DNA of 64,000 nucleotides from Klebsormidium nitens (taxonomy: Eukaryota > Plantae > Klebsormidiophyceae), in the NCBI GenBank assembly GCA_000708835.1, contig DF237038.1, positions 82,901-146,900 of the forward strand, written 5' to 3'. Shown here one piece after another: positions 54,101 through 64,000 of the stretch. The notes below the pieces were generated by a model. It had not been told where the DNA came from and ran no database searches. It saw nothing but the letters and a program-made list of their open reading frames with translations. Positions within the stretch are counted from its first letter, which is position 1, and each line of letters begins with the position of its first letter. The position numbers and the translations under genes are program-made.

Positions 54101-57100
54101 TCGTTGCTTGAGTGCGGAGTCTCGCCGTCGGCGTCTATCGTTCTCATTTCCGCTTCGAACTGTGAAGAACGTTACTTATTACAACTCGGTGGCTAAGATT
54201 CTCAGACCTTAATTTGACGTCTTCTTTCGCACAGCAGGTCTTTTGAGACCACGGCCGACCAACTCTGACAAGCATGATCCAAAGGCGTACACGGTTTGCA
54301 GATTTCGATGCGACGTACGTCAGCGCTTCATCGCCTTCAGAAATATCATGCAGCTGGCAGAAACAGCGGGCACACCTGCACTTGAGGAGCAACACTCACC
54401 GCAAGAGCGTCTAGAGCGTCTTTAATCGAGCTGGCCCCCTTCCAGATGTACAAGTCTTGAGCTTTGCGTTCCACGACCTGGATGCTCTCCAGCACGTTCA
54501 TAACGTCATAGATGCGCCGCTTTTTGACTCCTGCAGAACGAAGAGCTTGACACATTCAAAAAGGCCCCAGGCCAAAATCGCGTTGTGCTTGAAGAGGGCA
54601 AATAGGACAGGCGAGGAAAGGCCGTTGCAACAAAGCGAGCAAATTGTGATCCCGCAACTATTCGCGCATACAGCAAGTTGCCAGGAAACGTGGGGAGCTC
54701 GATGAGCCTTTGTCTAGGGGGACTCTATTCGGAACAGGGTATTTTTGAGAGCTTCGCTCAACCTGGAAAATTGCACCATTTGGCGAGGTCGCCAAGGAAG
54801 CATAGCCTTCAGACAGTAGCCTTACCGAGATCCTCCGCTAGGCAGCCCAGGGAGAGGACAGAGCCGACTTTGTTGCCGAAGAGCTCCAGCAGCCTGCGCT
54901 CCAGAGAACAGCAAAATATGAGCCTCTACTTCTCGCTCCGTGCATGAATCAATTGCGGTTCTACATACGATTATTGCTAGCGGGGTTTGTAACTCAAGCC
55001 CTTCGAAACACGCCCTACGCAGTGCGGTCGGACGGCTTGGGAGCTGATCGCCAGAACCTACAGACTTGACCTGGAAACGCTGTCCTCATAATGGACGAGT
55101 GAGGTGCGCCTTTGATGAGGCAAGGAGCGGACCTTTCAACAAGAGACGTCAATGTCCTTTGTTGACGAGGATCTTCTGCGTCGCCGCTCAAGTCGAGCTG
55201 CTCCTCTACCTCGCTGGCAGGAGGGTCTTTCTGTACTGCGTCGATTGCAGCTTTCTCCTGTAGTAAATAGCTAGCAGCGTTACACTTTGGGGAGCTTCTG
55301 CCGGCTTTCCTGGAAGCGAAGAACAGTGCATGCATCTGCGGGGCGATGTAAGTGTCCGTCCTCGAGCAGAACTTCTCAAAGGAAAACCGACGTGCTGATA
55401 GGAGCTCACAGGAGATTTACATTTAGAGACCCCTCTTGCTATGTCGCACTGTGTCAAGAGCATATTCGCTCTGGCCTTGGGAAGGACGTGTAAAGAGGGA
55501 AGACCAGCCTGCAGTGCCTACCTTGCATTGACCAAGACGTTCCTTCAGCTTCGGTTTCGATCCAAGCCTGTTGGCACTTGTCACGACGTTCGTCACAATT
55601 TCCTGCAGCGGAGGCCTCGGTTCTCCGGGCTGGTTGATAGCCGGAGCAGCTTCTGAGCCTGTGATCAAATCAGAAAGCTGTCATCAGTGCCCAACTTGTC
55701 AGTTCTCTTACTACCTGCAGATCAGCTTGTATGCAAGAGGGCTGTTATCCATAAACAACTGCATCTCAATCACCTTGCCATCTGAAAGATACAAAGACTG
55801 TGTGCGGACTTACCATGCATGTTGCACACAAGGTCGAAAGATGCTGATCCTCGCGGTGCATCATTGTTGGCGACAATGCGGATCACTCCTGATACAGCTG
55901 TTGCCACTTCCTGCTTCTCAGAGTACAAGCCCAGGACGAGACGAAACCTTGGCGACTTATGATCCAAGTGTGCACATGCCTGCAGCAATAGATATTTCGT
56001 CAAGCTCCGTTTTGAAGGAATTTTCGTTACTTGGAAATGCGTCATGCTCCTTGACAGGAGCAACTCCAAAGGCATCATGATGCAAATTCTGATCTCAAAG
56101 TAACTGCCTAGACAATATTGACCTTCTCTGCTCTAAGCTTGATCAAAATCAAGCTCCAAGCAGCGCATCAGCACCAGTCGCAACTTGTGCTTCACCTCGT
56201 CAATTGCAACGTACAGTTTGCTGGGATCTTTGGCTCTGTCATGTCTTTCTTCCAAAATGCCTCTGGTCGTTCTTCCATAACGACGAATGCCCTGCAAACA
56301 AGCGTCGCTGTTCAGTCGAAAGAATCCACTGGGAAAACTGGGTGCATTCTTATGGTTGCTCCCGCACAACAACGACTCAGGACTGCCCCAGTGTCACTTT
56401 ATCACCAGAAATATTGTTCAGACAAGATGTATAACTTTAAACTGCCTATGTAGATCACCTGTGCAGCCATCCTACCGGCAGTTCAAGTGCTTGGCTTGCG
56501 CAGATCGTCCAAAAAGGACGCTTGGTAGCAAAACATTTGCAAAGAAGGTCAGGTATGCGCACCATTAGCATTGGCCCTTCGCAACCACGGAGACAGTTCT
56601 CTCTGGTGACAACCTGCCATGCATATTGCTGCGGCTCATCTGTTGCTACATTCTTTGCAAATACCTGCGACAGAAGGAATTCTAAGATTTTTTCCCTGTT
56701 CTAAACACTTAAACTGTTTTTCTATTTTCTTTCTTAGGCTGAGATGGTTATGCCAGACTCAGGACGTGATTGAACTCGTGAATAATAATGTACTGGAAGA
56801 GGAGCTTGAACAGATACAAGCTCTTGAGTGGGAAGATATTCCTCAAGTCCCAAACGAAAGATCTGAATGTAACTTTTATGGAAGTATGATCACTAAGCTT
56901 ACCAAAAAGAGGTATGCACACAGCTCGTCGCCGCTGGCCAGATGGAGATTGTACTTGAGGCAACTGCATGGCAGTAATGATGCGCTTTCTAATGATTCTC
57001 CAGATAGCTACGAAAGGTTTGCATTTGCAAGCACCAGAAAACCAAGCATCTCAGAACCAGAATAAAGCAGTTGCATCTTTGGAGCAGCTGAGGTGTGGAT

Positions 57101-57324
57101 ATTGAAAAGAAAACTACGGAGAGAAGTTTTTAAGCAATCTATCAGCATCATAAGGCCATGACCTTGTGCAGCATTATGGAGAATACCTTTGCTTGAGCTC
57201 AGCTACCACTTCATTCCCTATGGGTGCCTCAACAGCGGATGCAATTATCTTGGGGCCGCAGGTGTCTTGCAACAGTAGCGTGATTGCATTGTAGCTGAAC
57301 TTCTGCTTTCCCAGCTTATAACCC
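51163..57324 (-). CDS. Atypical E2F (DEL/E2F7-8-like) with two E2F/DP winged-helix domains, an unknown N-terminal domain and a long P/S/R-rich C-terminus; both ends uncertain (may extend to about 58430 and about 50608)
   Basis: Phase-consistent exon chain 57324-57187, 56963-56903, 56664-56563, 56291-56196, 55979-55814, 55658-55522, 55257-55133, 54893-54826, 54530-54400 (TLTSLVERLLELF..LGVKKRRIYDVMNVLESI..YIWKG), 54159-54069, 53913-53846 (SLKVLSEEFVRVFL), two small uncertain exons near 53790-53730 and 53525-53454, 53376-53239 (IRRRLYDVANILSCLHLV..AYLWLG), then a large exon from 52886. Confidence 0.82.
52411..52734. other. Assembly gap (324 N) flanked by identical 24-nt sequence
   Basis: gggacggctgccacgtggcagctc occurs on both sides of the N run and contains a 14-bp perfect palindrome, ctgccacgtggcag. 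Confidence 0.95.
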
Positions 57325-58919
57325 CTGTGAAATAGAAGACAAAATAGAGTAGAACCATTATTCCTCTGCACAAGAAGATCTTCTCAAAAAGCTGGCCAAA
57401 TACCAGTCTCCTCTATTTGATGTGAAATGTTGACATGGAGTTTCTCCAAATGCCTTGACAATCTGCCATGGAAAGGGACCAGAGTGCCAGAGCAGATCCA
57501 GCTGGGCTAAGAGTTCGCCAAGTGCAATATAGAGCAGGCTGGCTGCAGAGGACTTCAAGTTGGTTACCTGATCTCATCTCTATTTTCACTGGTAGGTCCT
57601 GTTCGAATAGGGCAGAGTAGCCCATTGCTGCTTCCTCCAGATCGATTGACAGATTCCATGACTTTTGTGCTCAGACGAAAGTCTCCACCTGCATGAGTAG
57701 ACAAAGGCCAAAAGTTTGTGAAATGCAGTAGTCAAGCACAAGCTCTGCAGCAGCCCTGGCTAATAAATGGGTGATCTGAGAAGCATCCCTTGCCCACCAA
57801 GATCAAAGTCCCAGATGACAGCGCATGCTTGCTTGGCACAGGACACATTGCTCATTAAATCAATCGACATTGGTCACTTGCCCAGACAGAGCTCACCTCA
57901 GTTGCGCAAATAGTGTGCCAAGTAGATTGCTTTCTCATCTATTTCTACTCCCCTGCAAACTTCCTCCAGCTTTGACTGTTCTGTTCCATTTGCAGCGATG
58001 GATGCTCTGTCCCAAGTAAGTTGAAAGCCTGCTGCCCCAAAACGACTAACCAGCCAGTTCTAATCTGCTTCCAAATGACTCGTTAAATACCGCTTTAGAA
58101 GTGAACGTGAGAGGTCTTCCAGGGCCAATAGCAGTTGCTCCAAGTACCTATCCTGCGAGCAATTGCAGAAGCAACTTCTCTTGCCAAGGCTCAGAAAGGT
58201 AAGCAGGTAGTCCTAGTCCGAGCGCTCCCTAGTCCAAGTCTGCGCAGGTCTGCGTCTCGTCTGCGTGCACCTCAATGTCTCATTGCTCAGGCTTTTCAGA
58301 TTCGGAATGAACATTCCTCTTGAGTCTTGAGATGAAGTCTGTTGATCTGTACTCGGAAATTACCTAGGAGTCGATATCTAGAGTTCGTATCTTTGACCAA
58401 GCTGTTGTCAAAGATCAACCTCCGGCCCATCGAACCGTCCAACCTGTTGCAGATTGCATGCCATCCGTCCGATACAGATCTTGGCCCCAGAAGATTTCCC
58501 GGCCTGCAGAATTCAAATTGTTCTCCTGTGGCCCCGATCGTTCCCCTTGGTAACGGGGCGGGCACGGGAGCGGCCGGCTCTTTGTCGTACGACTGCAGCA
58601 GGATTGGACGAGTTGCCGGTTGTGCTGCCGCCTTCGCAGTCTTGTGCCTTCAATTCGCTCGCGGTAACAGTTGGTTGGGCGAGACATTGGAGTTGCAAGT
58701 GCCCACCTTGCCAGCGTATTGAACTTAAAGTTGCCTGGGCTACCTACTAGGGGCTTCAGATGTGCGCTTGGCGCTTTCTGGGTTGAACCTTGTTGGCTGC
58801 CTAATCTTGCAAGACAGGGGCTGAAGCCTGAAGTCGACCAGACATTTGCATCACGAAGAGGTAGAGTAAAGAAACGCAATCCCTAAGCCAGATGAGCTCC
58901 TGAGCTTTTAGTAATTTGA

Positions 58920-61900
58920 ATGGCGTCTTGCCTCGGTGTAAGAAGCGCTGCAGCTCCAGCAAGGATCCTTCTGAAAACCTCTCATCATTCGCTGCAATGC
59001 TGTTATAACCAGCAAAATATCATAGGTTTGCAGCTGGGGTTTGTTGCTGGAGGCAAGCCCCCTCTTCTGTCACAGTCGAATGCAGCTGGACACGCTGCGT
59101 CACTCCTCCAAAGGAAATTGTGGTCACCAATCGGGAGCAGTTGTTTGAACGGCAGATATCCCCAGCTAGGAAGCACGCTGAGCGCAGCACATCCAGTTGG
59201 CAAAATACATGCTGGCCAGTTGACAAGCGAGCCGGCCGCTGCTGTACATTCAGACGCCAGCACAGCCAGACCTAGCAGCCAGAGCCCTGCACCTGAGGAG
59301 CCTCACATACCTGTCCTTCTCAATGAGGTGGTCGAGCATTTCACTGGAAGGAAGCTGGGAGTCTTTGTAGATGGGACTTTAGGAGCTGCAGGTCACGCCT
59401 GCGCAATCCTTGCAGCACATCCTGAGCTGCAGACTTTCATTGGGCTGGATGTGGATCCTAGAGCGCATGCTGAGGCCAGACGAAAAATAGACACACTCGT
59501 ATCGGGGGGACTCCAGGACAGCCAGTCATTGAGTTTGCACCTTGTGAAGTCCAACTTTGAGAATGTGCATGCTGTGCTGAGGAGTCTAGAAGGGGGTGTT
59601 GCAGAAGATGGGGTTGATGGGATGCTTCTGGACCTTGGGGTGTCGTCAATGCAGGTATGCTATTGAGGATGTCTTCGTCACCTGCTTCTGCAGGTGATCT
59701 AGTCTTGAACTTCACTGACCACTTTGGATTGTGAGAGTGTTTCTAAAGTACTCATATGCTGAGCCTGGCATCTTCTGTATGCCGCTTGTCAACAGCTTAG
59801 TATGGTGCAAATCAGCTACATTCAGCAGTCATCGCACTTCAGCTCTTTTTTAAAACAGTTCAGTGCGATCCTTACTCAGGATAAGTGCATCTTGGGTTCC
59901 TCTTCACAAGGTTCAGATTTTGAATTTACCCCCTGTTTCAGGCATTGATTGCTACAGGTAGGAACGTTTGCCTGAAGCCTTTAAGAAATTCAAAGGTCCA
60001 TGCTCGGAACTGTTCTGCAAAACCGTTCTAAGCGATGGCTTGTTTGAAATCCTGCATCTGCTTGCCACCTCAGGTCGACGAAGCTGACCGAGGATTCAGC
60101 TTCATGCGAGACGGGCCACTGGACATGAGGATGAATCCCAGCGTAAGCTCTCCACCAGAGCATCACCATTCAACCGCCACCGTAACTGCCGTTGTTTGCA
60201 ACTTATCCGAACCAGTTCAGACTAGCCACAATCGGATCGAATTCTGCTGTAAGTCTTCCAAAAGGAACGAGGGCAGTGAGGCGATGTTCGCATGGAGGGA
60301 CTCAAACACGTCCTGAACAACGTTAGAGAGGCTTGTAGGCTAAATCAGTACTTTTCTTCGATTTGTGGATCGTCTCTCTGCCGAAGTCTGTAAAGTTCCG
60401 CACTTCGAAGTTCCCGGATATTGGAGATACGGGCATCGTCCGGGCTTTTTGCAGTTTAAGATTCTGCTCTCATCCAGCAGTTTCTCGTGTGAGATTCAAC
60501 ACCCTAGCTTCTCACTCAGAGAAATTCCTCTGTTGTGTGCCACATTGGATTCTCTCTTGGCAACGGCTTTGTCTCCGTTACTCATGTTCTTCGACCCCAC
60601 TTTGAGCCACCATTTGCGGATAGTAAAACAATCTGCGATATCGCCAAGACTTAGAGACGAGGTGCTCACATTGCAATGTGAGCACCCCCTCATGTGCCCG
60701 CCAATTCATCCCACGCCTCGCTGACGTCATCAGGTGCAACAACTGAAGGACATCTGACATGACCGGATAAGAGTGCACGAAAACTTCAAACCAGCCCTTT
60801 CCAACCTCTCATTGAAAGCGGATTTTCTTCATTCGCTTCAGGCAGCGGTGACTGCTGAGCAGATCGTGAACGACTGGTCCGAAGACCGCCTCGGAAAGAT
60901 CATCCGAGATTACGGAGAGGAGCGTTACTGGAAGTCGATCGCAAGGCGGATTGCGGAGGCGCGAACGGTGTCGCGCATCCGGACGACAGGGGAGCTGGTG
61001 GACTTGGTCGGGGGGCCTCGACCGGGCAGACGTAAGCTCGCAAAAACTGCTTTCTTCTCATCGGTTGTCGTGGTCGGAGGGCCGGTCGAAAGAGAAGTAA
61101 CGAAATCTTACTGTGGGCCGCTTTTGCGCTCGGTCTTCTGATCGGGGTCCCTCTGTCGAGCAGACGTCAGCTGGCAGAAAGTTCTCTCTTTCTCATGACT
61201 TGTGGTCAGGGGGTCCGGTCGAAAGCGAAGGGTGAATTGACACAGCGGGCCGCTTATCGGCTCCAATATTGTGGTCGGGGCTCTTGTACCGAGCTACGCG
61301 AGCTGTTACGACCTTCAGTCGGTTTGCCCGGTTGCTGTGGTCGGTATCATCCCTGACTCTGCAAAGGCTAGGCTGCCACAAGTTTTCCTACTTTGCTGGG
61401 TGATCATGTTTGGCTGCTCGATGAGCCTCCCTTCCTGTGCTTCATTCTTTACTCTTGTTGCATCCTGCCGGTCCTGTATTAGACCACAGTTGGCCGGCCT
61501 TTTCTTCGTTTGACAGAACGGATTGGCAATTGCGGAGTCCCAGTCAGCTCTAAGGTTCGCGGTTGTTTTTCTTCAGAGGCGAGGGTTCGAAACAGCTCTT
61601 CTTGTGTCAACGTCAATCGCTGATCCCCTTGGGTTAAAGCCAAGGGGGCTCTTGAGGATCCGCCGGGAGTCCTTGTGATCTTTCCATCCGTTTTAAGCGG
61701 ACACGGTCACTCTCTGCACGGTCACTCTCTGCCTTTCGTGAGATTCACAGATTGTTTTTGGTTCCTTCTTTCTCCACTATTGTACAGAATCTCCCAGAGC
61801 AAAAGCCCATGATTGTAAGGTTCCGCTATATTCTGCCAACCGTCTCTTGACAGAATGGTCTTTTACTTGCTCTGTTGTCCGCCTTATCAGATTGCAACTC

Positions 61901-63363
61901 TTCCGCAAAATATCGCCACCGTTGTGCTCAACTTTACAAAGTCTTCGCCACCTCCTACCACTCGTCAATCCAGAACTCCCTCCTCGCCTCCGCCTGACCA
62001 GGATACCAATTCTTCCGCAGGAAAAGGCGGCGCCCCCCGGGGCATTCACCCGGCCACGCGCACCTTCCAGGCGCTGCGGATCGCCGTCAACGACGAGCTC
62101 GGGGTTTTAGAAAGGGGGATCCCCCGGGCCATCGAGTGCCTCGCGCCGGGCGGCCGCCTGGCCGTTATCTCCTTCCACAGTCTAGAGGTACGCGTCGTTT
62201 TCTGCTTTCGAATGACGTCTGCCTCATCAAATGGAATATTGATCCTTGAAAGAAGAGCTTCAATTTGCCTCTACTGATGTAAGATCAACCAGCTCATGGG
62301 AGCTGTTGTTCCTCTTGACTGGCGTCGGTCACCGACTTAACGTCTTTACCGCTTAGGAAGTCGCGTTAGTCCCTGCGACGGAAATCTTTCAAGGTCTGGA
62401 AACTCAGGTTTCAGAGCTGGACGCTGTTCCTTAGCCGCGTCTCTCTTTAACTCGACAAAACTGGGCAAAAAGCTTGACATTACCCTGAGAAGTCTTTGAT
62501 GAAAGAGGTTCCTAGGATCTAAAATCCAGAGGTTTGGATATGAGGAAATATTTGGCATGAGGCGTCCGAAGCAGGACGGTAATACCGACTCAAGCAGCCA
62601 CCGATGCCGCCGAGGCGTCACCAGGCTCGTCATCTGCATGGATACGTTCTGCCGATCTTGGTTCAAGACCCAATGGTGGACCCTTGTGAATCCAAAACCT
62701 GGGTTTGTGCGAAGGCAGTTCGAGCTTTCACGGGACGCCAGGAAACGCGAGACGAAAAAGCGGAGAGGCCGAAGGCCTTTATCGGAGTCCGTTCGTTCAA
62801 TTAGCAGTCCGATCCTCTGATCTGGAGCGCAGTATTGCGGCTCTCGTTCGGGACTTGACACCGTAGGCACGGAGTTCTGGGTCTCCAATGTTCAAGGTCA
62901 AGTTTCGACCCAGCCCGCGTACAAGGTTCAATACACTTTCCAAGCTTGCTACAAACTGCTCATTTTCGTCGCTTTCCATCTGGCTTGCGTTCCAGCTTAC
63001 ATCAAAGTCCTACAACATAGGGGTGGTCTACTTGCTCCGCGGGCGCGTCTGAAGCTGCGAAGCTTTCACGGTTTCCATCCACCCAATCCGTGGTTTACAC
63101 GAAACTTTTCCCAACTACGCAATCGTGTTTCTCGATTGCAGGATCGCATCGTGAAGCGAGCCTTCTTGGCCGCAGCCGGGCGGCCCTATGTCGAAGAAGA
63201 GGACGAAGTAGCCTACAGCACGTCGAATATCTTCCTCGAAAAGGAAACGCCCAAGCCGCTTGTTAAGATTCTTACGAGGAAGCCCTTCGTACCATCGGAG
63301 GAAGAAGCGCGAAAAAACTCGCGAAGTCGAAGCGCTAAGTTGCGAGTTGTCGAAAAGCTATAG
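58920..63363 (+). CDS. rsmH: 16S rRNA m4C1402 methyltransferase RsmH/MraW, organelle-targeted (long N-terminal transit-peptide-like region)
   Basis: Exons 58920-59654 ([33 protein letters not shown]), 60074-60142 ([15 protein letters not shown]), 60842-61031 ([14 protein letters not shown]), 62021-62187 ([31 protein letters not shown]), 63142-63363 ([16 protein letters not shown]). Confidence 0.96.
61007..61290 (+). repeat. Two echoes of the rsmH exon-3 tail plus donor region (period about 133 bp)
   Basis: gtcgggggcctcgaccgggcagac|gtaagc..ctcat..ggtc..gggccggtcgaaag..gggccgctt is repeated from 61141 (donor now GTCAGC), with a fragment from 61274. Confidence 0.75.
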
Positions 63364-64000
63364 TAGGGGCTAGGTATCTCCGGTGTCTCAAAGGAGCTGT
63401 TTCACCAAGGGCTCGGATCCAAACTTCAATTGTTTACAAAAGTTGACTTTTCGATCCTGCATTGGCCTCTCTGTTCGATCGTTGTTTGCTCTCTAAAGGC
63501 CAATCATCGCTTCTTATGAAACCGTGTTTCGGCAGTTCTTTTCCGATGTTGCAAAATGCAGACTCCCTCGAATATTGACTTGAAGCCCCTGAACGACGGA
63601 AGGAGTAATGTTACAGCTTCCGAGATTGAAGCAATGTTGTCAAGCCATTGAAAGACCGAATAATTGGTCCGATTCGCGTCGACTTGCCCCTGGCTGGCCG
63701 AGGCCGCCCGCACAACGTTGTATGCTCAGTGGCGAGTCCGCATGCGATTGCCATCATTGTAAGCGAAGGTTGTCGGAGTGACGTCATTCAGCGAAAGATA
63801 GCATCAGTCTACCTGGAGTGTAGACCTTAATGTAAGGCTTGCACAGAGTGACGAGAGCACCCGGCATCCCAACCTAGTGCAAGCTTGATGAATTTGTGCA
63901 GCTTCATTCTTCTCGATCAGAGCTGAGAAAGATCTACGACGCTGGTTGACTGTGAACCGCTTCCTCTCAGCATTGCGCCCTCAAGTCACCTTCAAGAATT

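Noticed and set aside
56739-56969. Apparent plus-strand exon (QDVIELVNNNVLEEELEQ..) and a minus-strand HEFNH zincin-like motif
   Set aside because: Both lie mainly in the pyrimidine-rich intron 56902-56665 of the phase-consistent minus-strand E2F-like gene. No partner exons were found on the plus strand.

Overview
This is eukaryotic, intron-rich nuclear DNA with GC-rich exons and GT-AG introns. The gene set points to a streptophyte alga, most plausibly Klebsormidium (inference, not verified). I reconstructed seven spliced genes by hand: (1) a CH-domain kinesin-14 on the minus strand, running off the left edge; (2) a GH31 glycosidase of bacterial Aec37-like type (minus); (3) a Sla2/HIP1-type ANTH domain fused to a Raf-like kinase (plus); (4) an EF-hand Na+/Ca2+ exchanger-like protein, NCL (plus); (5) a non-RD TKL kinase with a signal peptide but no visible transmembrane segment (plus); (6) a DEL-type atypical E2F with two DNA-binding domains and an unexplained N-terminal domain (minus); (7) organellar rsmH/mraW (plus). 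Two unusual patterns stand out. (A) Exon echoes: six of the seven genes carry tandem, degenerate copies of an exon end plus its splice site next to the real exon (in the adjacent intron, or upstream of the ATG in one case), often with a 120-150 bp period. Some GH31 copies differ from the real exon only at synonymous sites. Five NCL copies are exact 66-nt, in-frame, AG/GT-bounded cassettes. (B) A family of three short hairpin elements (about 160-190 bp) shares a conserved telomere-like core, but each copy has unrelated inverted arms, the reverse of the usual MITE pattern. Smaller observations are GTAC-rich and CATG-rich intergenic islands, a Helitron-like 3' end, intronic minisatellites at splice sites, two compensating homopolymer frameshifts and a probably spurious N gap. 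All family assignments come from motif recognition by eye. No database searches were run.
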